From a virus (taxonomy: Duplodnaviria > Heunggongvirae > Uroviricota > Caudoviricetes): DNA of 33,355 nucleotides. A model generated the notes under the pieces. That model saw only the letters and a program-made list of their open reading frames with translations. It was not told where the DNA came from and did not search any database. Numbering within the stretch: the stretch's first letter is position 1; every line of letters begins with the position of its first letter. The stretch lies in IMG/VR virus record IMGVR_UViG_3300050187_000003, positions 139,576 through 172,930 of that record. One strand, 5' to 3'. Both the position numbers and the translations under genes were made by a program. Of this stretch, positions 8,983-18,658 are shown piece after piece.

Positions 8983-10794
8983 TCAGATGGGGCGGCCGGC
9001 GGCGGCCAGCTTCGCGGCCTTCTCGGACATGCCGCGGGCTAGGTACGACTCGGCCATGGCCTTCCGGTCGGTTTCGGCCCGGCCCGGGTCCACCGTGGTG
9101 GCGGCGCCGACGCCAACCACGCGACCTGCCCCGGCGGTGTCCGCGTCCACGGCGAGGGCTTCGACAACCGCGTTGACGCGGGCCTGCAACGTGCTTGTGA
9201 ACGTCGCCTCGTCGAAGCCGAGAGCGTCGGTGAGTGGCGGATCCACAACAGCCTCCCGGGCGAGGAGGGCACGCATACCAGCCGGAAGGCTGTCGGCGGT
9301 GTCGAGGATCCGTTGCGTCGCGGCGCGGGCCTGCTCGACAGCCTCGTAGCGGGCAGCCTGCTGGCGGGCTTCGTCCCGTTCACGTGCGGCGGTAGCTGCG
9401 GCTGCCTGCGCTTCGGTGATCTGCCGACGCAGGTCGGCAGTCGGGTCGGGCTGCTGCTCGACGGCAGCAGCCGGGGTGGTCGTTTCGGTGTCGGGCACGA
9501 CGCCCTCCTCCTTCTCGGTGTGGTCGGGCAGGTTGCCCTCCGGGGTGTTGCTGGGCGAAGCCGGTTCGCCGGCGGGGGTGGCTGCGGCGACGGCTTCGCC
9601 CAGCGGTTCGGCGTTGGGCGGCAAAACGGGTTCGGGGTTCGGGGCGGACTCAGCTGCGGCAGAGGTGACCGGCTCCCACACGGTGCGGGCAACCACCTCG
9701 GTCGGGTCGCCGTCGGCCAGCCGCAGCCCGCCGTCGTCTGCCATGTACCGGTGCCGCCACGACCGCGATCCATCACGGTCGTGGACGGTGAACCACACCG
9801 TCTGCTCGGCAGGGTCGAAGTCGACGACCACCGGCATCTTGTCGTCGCCACCGAACCTGTCTCGCAGGGCACGATCCAGGCGGGCGCTCATCTGAGACAC
9901 CGGGGTCTCCGACACCGGGGCGGACTCCGACACGGCGTCGCCGTCGGGGTCGTCCCACAGGTCCCGCCGGTACAGCTGCGGGGCGTCCGCTTCGACCCGC
10001 ACCGTGTACGCACGCAGGGCGTCGCCGATCGCAGACGACAGCACGATCCGCTCTTCGCGGGTGAGCCGCCCGTTGCCGTACATGTCGTCACCCAGTTGGG
10101 TGAGGGCCAGGTGGAGCCGGGATTCAAGCCAGGCACCGATGTTGCGGGCTTCTCCGACAGGCCGGGTCGACTCCAGCACGGCAAGGACCCGGCCGCCGGC
10201 CGCAGGGCGGGTGACGAAGTCAACGGACCTGCCGGCGTTGATCTCCTCGACGACGAGCCCGTCGCGGCCTTCGGCCTCACCATGGTTGGCAGTCACCCAC
10301 GCCCGAATGGACAGGCCGATCGCCCCCGATCGGGCCCAGTCGTCGACTGCTTCGCGCCACAGCGCGTACGTCTGCACCTCGGCGACGAGTGCTTGGCGGG
10401 TTTCGTCCCAGCGGGCGTCGCTGGTCTGCCAGGCGGCCAGGTTTTTGAGTGATCCGACCGGGAAACGCTGGTCGTCGTCGTCGGGGGCGTGGTCGACGAA
10501 CAGGTGTGTGCCCTGCGGCCACGCCTGCGCGCCGTCGCGTTTGAGCACGGCGGCCGGGTAGTAGACGCCGTTGTCGGACCAGCCTGCGCGGATCAGCTGG
10601 ACCAGCAGCCGGCCCGGTTTGCGGTCGGCGGTGGCCTCAGCGAACGCGGAGTGCACCACAGCGCGTCGGGCACTACCCGCAGCGGTTTCAGCCGCCTGCG
10701 CAGGCGGGTCGAGCACGGCGGTGGGGGACTGTTCGGCAACCCGCCGGCGGTGGCGGACCCCAGACGGCAGCGTCTTTCTCCGTGAGTGGGACAT
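8983..10794 (-). CDS. Capsid maturation protease / scaffold fusion
   Basis: LIRAGWSDNGVYYP, FVDH, IGLSI and SVDFVTRPAAGGRV protease motifs, followed by an acidic Pro-rich linker and a coiled-coil scaffold-like C-terminus. Confidence 0.85.
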   Translation of the reverse strand: MSHSRRKTLPSGVRHRRRVAEQSPTAVLDPPAQAAETAAGSARRAVVHSAFAEATADRKPGRLLVQLIRAGWSDNGVYYPAAVLKRDGAQAWPQGTHLFVDHAPDDDDQRFPVGSLKNLAAWQTSDARWDETRQALVAEVQTYALWREAVDDWARSGAIGLSIRAWVTANHGEAEGRDGLVVEEINAGRSVDFVTRPAAGGRVLAVLESTRPVGEARNIGAWLESRLHLALTQLGDDMYGNGRLTREERIVLSSAIGDALRAYTVRVEADAPQLYRRDLWDDPDGDAVSESAPVSETPVSQMSARLDRALRDRFGGDDKMPVVVDFDPAEQTVWFTVHDRDGSRSWRHRYMADDGGLRLADGDPTEVVARTVWEPVTSAAAESAPNPEPVLPPNAEPLGEAVAAATPAGEPASPSNTPEGNLPDHTEKEEGVVPDTETTTPAAAVEQQPDPTADLRRQITEAQAAAATAARERDEARQQAARYEAVEQARAATQRILDTADSLPAGMRALLAREAVVDPPLTDALGFDEATFTSTLQARVNAVVEALAVDADTAGAGRVVGVGAATTVDPGRAETDRKAMAESYLARGMSEKAAKLAAAGRPI

Positions 10795-10889
10795 GTTGGT
10801 GCTCCCGTCATGAGTTGCCCGGCCGCGGCGGCTGCTCCTGAACAGTGATCAGGAGCGGGGCGGGCGAAGTTGGTCAGGCAGAAGGGCCG

Positions 10890-11966
10890 CTACTGTCGAC
10901 GTGCTGCTGTGCGACGCAGTACCCGCACCGGGGTCGGCTGGTACGAGTCCCGCCAGCCTCGATGTCCGCGTCGGTACGCCAACTCGTCCCAGCGGATGAG
11001 TCCGGCGTCGAGCAGCGCCAGGCGGGCACGGCCGGCAACATGCAGTTGCTGGGCGCGGGGCAGCGAGGCGAACCGCTGCTCGGCGTCGACGATCACGTCG
11101 GCGGGTTCGGTGGCGTTGATGCCCAACTCCCGCCACGGACGCAGCCGTGGCACACGACTACACCTGCCTTGGGGGTGGTCCAGCGGACCCGGCTCCGTGA
11201 GGTCAAAGAGGCGTCCGTGCATCGACCAGCAGGCGATGCAGGTGCGTCCGCGTCGCAGTTCGGAATGCCACACCCAGCCGGCCAACACGCTGCTGTTGAC
11301 GCGGTGGCAGTAGTGGGAGGCGGTGCGGTAGGCGTCCAGCACTTCGGTGCGGGCGATCACCGTCGCCCTGGTCAGTCCGCCGGTGAACACCCCCCCGATT
11401 TGGGCGACCATACGGCGGGCGGTGTCGTTCGGGTTCTCCCCGGCGCGGATTCCGGCGATGAGTGCGCGGCGGACGGATTCCATCGCCTCGGCGGACAGCG
11501 GCCCTGTGAGCGCGGTGGTCTGTTCGGCGGAGCGGCGGACGATCTCGTCGAGGGCTGTCGGAAGAATCCTGGACGCGAACTGTGCGGTGATGTGCGTGGC
11601 GAGATCGGCTGGGGCCTGGCTGGCTGCCAACGCTGGCTCCGCCGCTGCTGTTGCCGCCACGGCAGCCGTGGCTGCCTGGGTGGTAGTGACCTGTGATTGG
11701 GCTGCGAGGGTGGTCAACGCCGTTTCGGTGCGGGTGGTGACGTCGGCGATGGTTTGGATGCGGGCGAGCTGCCACGGCGGCGGCCACGTCCCGGTCCGGT
11801 CTACGTGGGTGAGTAGGTCGACGAGGGCGGCACGCCAATGCGGGTCGAGTTGCTGCCGCGCCCGCAGCCAGTAGCCGGACAGCGCCCGGACGGTGTCGTC
11901 GGCGTGGCCTCCGACAGTGTTCATCAACTGCCGGATGCGGCGGAGGGTGTCAGCGGTGACCGCCAC
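10890..11966 (-). CDS. MuF-like minor head protein
   Basis: GTG 11966 after GAGGAG; RA.VIARTE, W.W....RTC.ACWSMHG and HPQGRC motifs. Confidence 0.88.
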   Translation of the reverse strand: MAVTADTLRRIRQLMNTVGGHADDTVRALSGYWLRARQQLDPHWRAALVDLLTHVDRTGTWPPPWQLARIQTIADVTTRTETALTTLAAQSQVTTTQAATAAVAATAAAEPALAASQAPADLATHITAQFASRILPTALDEIVRRSAEQTTALTGPLSAEAMESVRRALIAGIRAGENPNDTARRMVAQIGGVFTGGLTRATVIARTEVLDAYRTASHYCHRVNSSVLAGWVWHSELRRGRTCIACWSMHGRLFDLTEPGPLDHPQGRCSRVPRLRPWRELGINATEPADVIVDAEQRFASLPRAQQLHVAGRARLALLDAGLIRWDELAYRRGHRGWRDSYQPTPVRVLRRTAARRQ

Positions 11967-11968
11967 CG

Positions 11969-12097
11969 CTACTCCTCGTGCAGGGGGCAGTCGGCGATGA
12001 GCGTCTTGATGCGGGCTGTCAACTCGGGGCCGCCGGTGGCGGGGTAGATGGGCGGCACCGCCGCTGACAGTGCCAGCATGTGAAGGTCGTGCGTCAC
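11969..12097 (-). CDS. Small hypothetical protein (42 aa)
   Basis: GTG start after a GGGGTGG purine run; fills the gap between the lipoprotein and MuF genes. Confidence 0.3.
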   Translation of the reverse strand: MTHDLHMLALSAAVPPIYPATGGPELTARIKTLIADCPLHEE

Positions 12098-12122
12098 CCA
12101 TCCACCCCGTTCCCTGGTCAGG

Positions 12123-12569
12123 TCAGGTGCACACCTCGGAGTTGAACCGTGCATAGGCGGAGTGGATGTCCACGACCCCGTTGAGTACCTTGTCGACGGT
12201 GTCATCGGTGGGGGTCATACCAACCCCGACGGGGATCGCCGCCAGCGACACGGCGACATTGTACTCGGCGACCGCCACGGCCAGCGTCTTGGATGGCTGG
12301 TCGTCGTATCCGGTGACCGCTTCGAGTAGCCGGTCTCCGTCACGTTTCCACAGGCCGACGGTGACCTCGTTGATGGTGCGGACGTCGTCGGGGGTTTCCG
12401 GGAGACGATCCGCCGAGGACCAGGCGGTGTAGGCGCGGCGGATGTTGACGCACTCGACGGTGGTCTCAGCAGGCAGGGCCGGCGTTGTTGGGGTTTCGCT
12501 GCTGCCGGTGCAGGCTGCGGTGAGTAGTGCGGCGGACAACAGGACGGTGGTGGTGCGGGTCGGAGTCAT
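12123..12569 (-). CDS. Putative lipoprotein
   Basis: MTPTRTTTVLLSAALLTAA-C lipobox signal followed by a T/P-rich linker. Confidence 0.7.
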   Translation of the reverse strand: MTPTRTTTVLLSAALLTAACTGSSETPTTPALPAETTVECVNIRRAYTAWSSADRLPETPDDVRTINEVTVGLWKRDGDRLLEAVTGYDDQPSKTLAVAVAEYNVAVSLAAIPVGVGMTPTDDTVDKVLNGVVDIHSAYARFNSEVCT

Positions 12570-12639
12570 CGCGGCAGGATGGCCGTCGACCCGCACCACC
12601 GTCGACTGTCAGTCGCCTATGCGACAGGTGGTGTGGCTG

Positions 12640-14646
12640 TCAGGACCGGTTCCGTCGGTCACCCGGCCAGAAACCGACAGCCCGGCGGTGGTAGACAGCG
12701 CACAAACCTTCCGGGTCCCGCACGTGCTTGCGTAGGTGGCGGACACATCTGGTGAAGTCCCCCTTGGTGCCCCACCTGATGCGGGCGCCGCCCTTTCCAG
12801 ATGGCCCCCAGTAAGCCCGGAGTTTCGCATCCGAGCGGGCCTCACGCAGATCGAACAGCACGTTCGGCACCGTGATGCCGGACTCAGCCATCTCCGCTTC
12901 GATGGCAGCCTGCTCGGCCTCGTCGACATCTTCGTCGTCTGCCCCAGCATCGCCGTCGCCGTCCGGGGCCATGCGACCCGGCCCGGCGTCCGCCGGGTCA
13001 CCCCCAGCCGGCACAGCACCACCTGGCGGCCCGGTCGGCCACAGGAACTCGCCGTCGTCGCCGACCATCTCCCGCAGAATCGAATCCGGATCCCGCACCC
13101 CCAACGCTTGTAGCAGCAGCCGCAGCAGCACCTCCGGCGGGATCAACCCCGTCGACGCGGCCTGAACCGCGGACTGCACCTGCTTCAGCTGGTCCGGGTC
13201 GTCCAGATCTGGCCAGGTGACGTCCACCGTCTGATCGGTGTCGCCGACCAGGGTGACGATCTCCCGGTCGGTGTCCCGATCCCAACGAACCGTGCCTTGC
13301 AGCGGGCCGTGGGGGGCTTTCACCGCCGAGTAGATGACGTGACGCACCAGCCGCAGGATCACGCCGGTCCACATGCCGCGGCGTCCCTGCATCTCCAACT
13401 CGGTCGGCTGGTCCAGGGTTTCAGCCGTGGCGCGGGCGCCGGTCTGCCCGGGGTCGGACAGCAGCATCGTCACCGGAATACCCAGTGCTGCCGCCACCAT
13501 CATCGCCAATGGCCGACCCGATTCGGAGTCTATCGTCGCCCCCGACTTCGGGATGGCCTCCAACACGGTGTCCATCGGGGTGATCGCCGTGGCCCCAACA
13601 TCCTGGGCGGCGCCGGTGTTCGGGTCGCGCGGCGGGGCCTGCCCCAGCCGCTGCTTCGCTTGCCCGCGTTGGGATCCTTTCGCGGTCAGGCGCCACGCGA
13701 ACCGCGCCAAACTCTTCATGAGCGTCGCCCACTGCTCCAGGAACTCCTTGTACGCCCTGGCCCAGTTGATGGCCGCGTACGAGTCGGGGACACCGTGCTG
13801 CCAGCCTTCCGGACGGTTCACGTCCACATGCAGCATCGGCGAATCCCACGCGATGTCCACCCCGCCGATACGCCGCAACCTGGTGCGTGGCCGATAGCCG
13901 AGCGCCGGGTACAGCCGTTTCCGGAACACACTGGTCTGTGTGCCGTCCGCAGCGGTGGTGATCTCATACCACTCGCGGCGGTAGTACCAGGGTTCGGTAC
14001 GGTCCTCCGGATTGCAGATGATATCTGCGATTTCGTCGGTGAGGATCACCCGGGTCTGCACCCATCCGGACAGGGGTCGGGTGAACGCGGCGATGAAAAA
14101 CTCGCCGTCCGTGCCCAGGCAGCGTTCGAGCCGATCCAAGGCGGACGGCCCCGTCAGGGCGCGCTGGTTCGCGTCGTCCGCCCACCAGTCGGAGACCACT
14201 TTCCGGACGTCCTGCTCGCCGTCCTCCACCCGTGCCCCGTCTGCTCGGGCCACCACCTGAACGCCTTGTCCGTGCACGTACGCACTTCGCAGCGCAAGTC
14301 CGCGTTTGATCAGCGGCGAGGCGAGGGCCATGAGCCGGCACACGGCCCGCATCTGCTGCCGGCCGTCCGGGGTGAACTCCTGCGCGGTCAGGGTGGCGAA
14401 CCGCTGCCACCCAGGGTCGTGCAGGACCCGTTCCAGGTCGGCGACGGATTCGCCGACGGCGTAACCGTCGCCGGTGGCGTCGATCAGCCGCTGCTCGGCG
14501 AGCTCCGTGTTGGAGCGGGCGACAGCGAGGGCGTTCAGCAGCGACGGCACATCAGCGGACTGCACAGCGGTGGGAACAGCTACACGGGCGCGGGTGGTGT
14601 TGCGGTGGCGGGAACGGCCCACAAAACCCGCCCCCTCCCATGTCAC
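12640..14646 (-). CDS. Portal protein with a C-terminal extension domain
   Basis: Follows terL with a GTGA overlap; portal-like motifs (DGEFFI, WARAYKEFLE, A.ALGIPVTML.SDPG.TGARATAETLD.PT). Confidence 0.85.
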   Translation of the reverse strand: MTWEGAGFVGRSRHRNTTRARVAVPTAVQSADVPSLLNALAVARSNTELAEQRLIDATGDGYAVGESVADLERVLHDPGWQRFATLTAQEFTPDGRQQMRAVCRLMALASPLIKRGLALRSAYVHGQGVQVVARADGARVEDGEQDVRKVVSDWWADDANQRALTGPSALDRLERCLGTDGEFFIAAFTRPLSGWVQTRVILTDEIADIICNPEDRTEPWYYRREWYEITTAADGTQTSVFRKRLYPALGYRPRTRLRRIGGVDIAWDSPMLHVDVNRPEGWQHGVPDSYAAINWARAYKEFLEQWATLMKSLARFAWRLTAKGSQRGQAKQRLGQAPPRDPNTGAAQDVGATAITPMDTVLEAIPKSGATIDSESGRPLAMMVAAALGIPVTMLLSDPGQTGARATAETLDQPTELEMQGRRGMWTGVILRLVRHVIYSAVKAPHGPLQGTVRWDRDTDREIVTLVGDTDQTVDVTWPDLDDPDQLKQVQSAVQAASTGLIPPEVLLRLLLQALGVRDPDSILREMVGDDGEFLWPTGPPGGAVPAGGDPADAGPGRMAPDGDGDAGADDEDVDEAEQAAIEAEMAESGITVPNVLFDLREARSDAKLRAYWGPSGKGGARIRWGTKGDFTRCVRHLRKHVRDPEGLCAVYHRRAVGFWPGDRRNRS

Positions 14647-16154
14647 CAGGGGGAGATGGAACCCTCCGGTTCCATGTCCTCCGGGTCCTCCACCACCTGA
14701 TCGGTAACCGGAGTCGCCACCGCAGTCAACATCAGCGCATCCGCCCGGTCCGGTGACGGCAACCCACGCTTCTTCATGTCTGCCTTGGCCTCGATTTGGA
14801 TCTGCTGCCGCGCCGTGTACTTGTACTTCATCGCCCCCAACTGGGCGGCAAGGTCGTCGTCGTCCGGGTCAATGTCGATGTCGCCGGTTTCGAACCGCTC
14901 CCGCAACGCCCAAAACCATTCGGCGCGGGCGTTCAGGAAGTGCTCCGAATCGGCTGCCGCCGCCCCGGCCTGCATGTCCAGCACGTCGTGGCCGAGCTGC
15001 AGCAGTTGGTCGACGACCCCGCCACCAACGCCGACACCATCCACGCGGATCTCGTCCACACTGTGCTCGCCCTTGGCTGCGATCACCTTCGACGTGGTGG
15101 CGGTGGTCGCGAGCATCCCCCAGTTGCCGACGATCCGGGCGACCGGGCCGCGACGGAGACAGAAGATGGTGCGGTCCGCCCCGTACCGGGCCACGTCCAC
15201 CCCGAGGATCGCCCACGGGCTCGGCGCGCACTCACGGTCCTGCGCGGCCGAAATCCACGCCGGATGGATCAGCACATCCTCACCGATGTTCGGGAACTCG
15301 CCCAACACTTTCGACACGAACCGCGGCGACTCGACACCCCAGCGGGGGATCTTGTCCGCCGCCCACTCGGGGTCGAGCATCAGCGGACGCAAACCGTCCG
15401 GCACGAACTCCGTCGTCGGGGACAGGCCGAGCCGGTCGAACAGGGCCGCCAACTCGGGATGCTCGGCGACCCGGTCCGCCGTCATGTTCGGCGTTTCGAG
15501 CCCGTTGATGCGGATCACGTTCCAACCGGACCCCGGCTTGCACACCTCGTTGAACTCAGTCGACGGATCGTCGGGGTTACCGATGGCGAGGATCCGGCAG
15601 TCCGCGTTGGTGGTGATCGCCTCGACGGCGGTCCACAGCTGGGCGGGGATGCCGCACGCCTCGTCGAGAATGACAAGGACGTAGCGGCGGTGGATGCCCT
15701 GAAAACCGTGCTCGTCGGTATCCGCTGGTTTACGGCCGAACCCGATGAGGGTGCCGTCGTCGAGTTTCCACTCGTCGGACTGCAACACCCGGCCGGGCAG
15801 CGGGTTGCCGCGGCTGGCGGCTTTCTTCGCGGCGCCCCGGATCTCTTCCCACAGGATCGCGTGGACCTGCTTGTAAGTGGGTGCGGTGGAAACAACGATC
15901 GCCTCGCCGGGTGGGTGGGTGTCAAACCACCAGGCCGCTATCCGAGAAGCAATCCACGACTTCCCGGCGTTGTGACACGATTTGACTGCTGTGCGCCGGT
16001 TGTCCCGGACCGATTCGGCGATCGCCCGCTGTTTCGACCACAGGTGCTCACCGAGGCGTTCCTGGCACCAGCCGACCGGATCGTTCAGGTGCGGGTGCAC
16101 CGGGGCAGGCTCGAATATGCGGGCTGCCGCTTCCCAGGGGGAAAGCAACGCCAT
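14643..16154 (-). CDS. terL: Terminase large subunit
   Basis: Walker A AVKSCHNAGKS, Walker B VILDEACG, IGNP, nuclease ILGVDVARYGAD and SPDRADAL. Alternative start at 16214. Confidence 0.95.
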   Translation of the reverse strand: MALLSPWEAAARIFEPAPVHPHLNDPVGWCQERLGEHLWSKQRAIAESVRDNRRTAVKSCHNAGKSWIASRIAAWWFDTHPPGEAIVVSTAPTYKQVHAILWEEIRGAAKKAASRGNPLPGRVLQSDEWKLDDGTLIGFGRKPADTDEHGFQGIHRRYVLVILDEACGIPAQLWTAVEAITTNADCRILAIGNPDDPSTEFNEVCKPGSGWNVIRINGLETPNMTADRVAEHPELAALFDRLGLSPTTEFVPDGLRPLMLDPEWAADKIPRWGVESPRFVSKVLGEFPNIGEDVLIHPAWISAAQDRECAPSPWAILGVDVARYGADRTIFCLRRGPVARIVGNWGMLATTATTSKVIAAKGEHSVDEIRVDGVGVGGGVVDQLLQLGHDVLDMQAGAAAADSEHFLNARAEWFWALRERFETGDIDIDPDDDDLAAQLGAMKYKYTARQQIQIEAKADMKKRGLPSPDRADALMLTAVATPVTDQVVEDPEDMEPEGSISPW

Positions 16155-16233
16155 CACGCCCCACCCCCGGCCGTTCGGGGGAGTAGTGGTGGCACTTCCG
16201 GCCCGTGCCGACACTCAGCCTTTCGGGCAGCGG

Positions 16234-16872
16234 TCAGGCCGCGATCGCAGCAACCTCTCGCAGCCGCAACGGCACTGCCCGATCTGCAACTGTCTGCTGA
16301 TCCGGCGACAAGTCCAGGTCACCGAGGATTGCCTTGATCGCCCCGGCAAGCAGCGAACCCTGCTGCTCGGCCAGCCGGACGCGGCGTTCCTCAACGCCGG
16401 CATCGAGGGCCAGTTTCACGACCTTCACCAGATGGGTGCGTTCCTCCCGCCACAACTGCACCCACACATGAACTGCGGCCTTGTGGGTAACATCGGTGCC
16501 GGGAAACTCGCCGGACTGCTTGTCGACCTCTTCGGCCTTGCCCCAGATGACCTCTTCGGCTTGCAGCGCCTGGACTTTCTGGTGCAGCCAGTCAACGGCT
16601 CCGGCGGTGCGGTACACCTCTTCGAGAAGGGCTTCTCGGAGGTCTACCTCGCGGGGCAGACCGAACGTGGCCACAGCCTTCTCCGCAAGCGCCCGCTGGC
16701 CTGCCTGACGATGCGAGGGTGTACCGCCTCCGTGCAGTTTGCAGCGTCCCGCGCCGACGTGATCTGTTCCCCAGCCGGCTGGGCGGGTGCAGGTTTTCCC
16801 TGTTCCTTCGCCGCGCCGCTTGCCGCCACATAGAGGCTTGTCACGTTCGGGGCTGTTTCCGGCTGTTGTCAT
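16234..16872 (-). CDS. terS: Terminase small subunit (HGG-motif type)
   Basis: C..PAGWGT.H.G.GRCKLHGG motif plus a helical C-terminus (LWREER.HL); immediately upstream of terL. Confidence 0.8.
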   Translation of the reverse strand: MTTAGNSPERDKPLCGGKRRGEGTGKTCTRPAGWGTDHVGAGRCKLHGGGTPSHRQAGQRALAEKAVATFGLPREVDLREALLEEVYRTAGAVDWLHQKVQALQAEEVIWGKAEEVDKQSGEFPGTDVTHKAAVHVWVQLWREERTHLVKVVKLALDAGVEERRVRLAEQQGSLLAGAIKAILGDLDLSPDQQTVADRAVPLRLREVAAIAA

Positions 16873-16874
16873 GA

Positions 16875-17120
16875 TCAGTCAGAAACGGCGTTCTCGGGAG
16901 TCTGAGTCTCGCCGAGGATGGCGTGGATGGCTTCTGCGGTAACGCCGTCGAGTTCGACTTCGGTTGGCATCAGGGTGATGGTGGCGATGGGGCGGCCTTG
17001 CCGCCAGGTGAGGGTGAGTCCTTCGGCTGCGACGGCTAGGGAGATGTCGATGCCGTTGAGGAGGAGTTGCCAGTCGCCGTGGTGTTGGCTGGGCCGGAGT
17101 GTGAGGGTGCAGGGGTTCAT
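16875..17120 (-). CDS. Hypothetical protein (81 aa)
   Basis: ATG 17120 (MNPCTLTLRP); protein-like composition; ends 2 nt before terS. Confidence 0.6.
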   Translation of the reverse strand: MNPCTLTLRPSQHHGDWQLLLNGIDISLAVAAEGLTLTWRQGRPIATITLMPTEVELDGVTAEAIHAILGETQTPENAVSD

Positions 17121-17218
17121 GGGGTGTCCGCAGTGGTGGTGGGCCGGGTTGCCTGCTCGTGGTTGACGGTGGCGACGCTGGGCCGAATCGGGCCGAAGAG
17201 ACACTTCGGCTTGTGCCG

Positions 17219-17249
17219 AAGGTAGCACGGGACCACCTGTCAAGGTCAA
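17219..17249 (-). promoter_or_regulatory. Candidate late-operon promoter
   Basis: Minus strand TTGACC-TTGACA...TGCTACCTT (extended -10, TGnTAnnnT) upstream of the packaging operon. The -35 spacing (19 or 13 nt) is non-optimal. Confidence 0.3.
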
Positions 17250-17656
17250 CCGCTGCCGGTTTTGTGGAGCCGGGTGCGGCGGGTGGTGGTGGCGATGTGT
17301 TCGACGTCGGAGGCTTTGAACATGGGCCAGCCGCGGTCGGAGATGCCCCGGGTTTGGAGGTATTCGCGGGTGCCGGCGGCCGACTTGTAGCCGCGTTTGC
17401 GCCATTGGCGGATGGTTTCGATGTCGACGCCTGCGAGTTCGGCGGCTTCGGCGGTGGTGAGGAGTTGGTCTTCGGGGACGGTGAGGGTGCCGCCGCAGAC
17501 CCAGTCTTCGCCGTAGGCGCGGGCGGTGTCGTCGAGGGCGTCGCAGAGTTGGGGGTTGGCGGTGTGGAGGTGTTGCCGGTAGGCGATGGCGATGCGGCGG
17601 GCGCGTTGGAGGAGGGTGTCTCCGGGGTGGGGCCATTGCTGGCGGGCGGGTTTCAT
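17246..17656 (-). CDS. Helix-turn-helix (MerR/Xis-like) DNA-binding protein
   Basis: ATG 17656 in an ATGA overlap; LLTTAEAAELAGVDIETIRQWRKRG. Confidence 0.8.
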   Translation of the reverse strand: MKPARQQWPHPGDTLLQRARRIAIAYRQHLHTANPQLCDALDDTARAYGEDWVCGGTLTVPEDQLLTTAEAAELAGVDIETIRQWRKRGYKSAAGTREYLQTRGISDRGWPMFKASDVEHIATTTRRTRLHKTGSG

Positions 17657-18483
17657 GCGGCGGGCTGGGGTGTGAGGATGTCGACGACCCACGTTTCGTA
17701 GTGGTTGTGGTCGATTTGCCAGCCGCAGTGGCGGGTGCAGTAGACGGGGGTGGGGTCGTCTGCGCGGCGGGGGGTGTCTTGTTGGATGGGGGCGTGGCAT
17801 TGGGGGCAGGTGCCGGGGAGTCGTCGGGTGGGGCGGGTCCAGCCGAGCAAGCTGCGGGCGCGGCGGCGGAGGTGTTGGAGGTGGTGTACGGCTTGCCAGC
17901 CGGTGACGTCTTGGGGGGGGTCTTCGCAGCCGGTGGGGTAGACGGCGGTGGCTGGTGTTCGGGCGAGGGTTGAGGTGTGGTGGGCGAGGAGTGCGGTTGC
18001 GCGTTGGACTTCGCGGCCTGGTCGGGCGGGTGCAGGTTCGGGTTGTCCGATCCGGGTGCAGGTGATGTCCGCCCAGGTGGTGGTGGTGTGCCGGATTTCG
18101 GCCATGAGGGTGTCGGCGGCGGCGTTGAGCGGCATCGGCGGGGTGGGGTCGCCGTGTGGCTGTGGGTCAAGTGCCTGTGACATGGCTGGATTGTGGAGTT
18201 GCTCCAGGTCAACCCAGTCGTACAGCAGGTGTGCGATGTCCCGGGATGCCGCGGTGAGGCAGGCGTCGCAGAGGGGGTGGGCTGGGGTCGCCGGGTTGGG
18301 CTGGTCAAGGCTGGGGGTGTAGCCGGGGCAGCGTGTGCCGGTGCGGCACAGGGTGTCGGGGATGTGGTTGGCGCCGGGTTGGGGGCAGCCTCGGGTGGCG
18401 CAGGTTTTGCCGCGCCCGCCGGCGCATGGGGTGTAGGGGCCGTGGTGGCAGGGGCAGACGGCCGGACATGAGGTGTCGTGCAT
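17653..18483 (-). CDS. Conserved actinophage Cys-rich protein (possible late regulator partner)
   Basis: LCDAC...PPMPLN...GTCPQC...YCTRHC motifs; coupled to the HTH gene just upstream of the terminases. Confidence 0.65.
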   Translation of the reverse strand: MHDTSCPAVCPCHHGPYTPCAGGRGKTCATRGCPQPGANHIPDTLCRTGTRCPGYTPSLDQPNPATPAHPLCDACLTAASRDIAHLLYDWVDLEQLHNPAMSQALDPQPHGDPTPPMPLNAAADTLMAEIRHTTTTWADITCTRIGQPEPAPARPGREVQRATALLAHHTSTLARTPATAVYPTGCEDPPQDVTGWQAVHHLQHLRRRARSLLGWTRPTRRLPGTCPQCHAPIQQDTPRRADDPTPVYCTRHCGWQIDHNHYETWVVDILTPQPAA

Positions 18484-18658
18484 GTGGGTGATCTCCGTCC
18501 GCGCAGTGTGGGGGTAGGGTCGGGCGCGGTTGGTTGATCACCTGCTGGTGGCAGGTTGTGTGGTGGTGGTGGTGGTGTTGGTGTCGTCCGGTCGGGGAGG
18601 GTCGGACGGCACCAGCCGGGGGGCAGCGGGTGCGCCAGATGTTTGGGCCGGGTACCAC

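Noticed and set aside
18513-18534. Short 5-nt periodic GGY-NN run
   Set aside because: Only four units in a G/T-rich stretch; compatible with chance.
18305-18658. ORF with a poly-His run
   Set aside because: It derives from a (GGT)n microsatellite-like run in a skewed region and overlaps the better-supported 17653..18483 gene.
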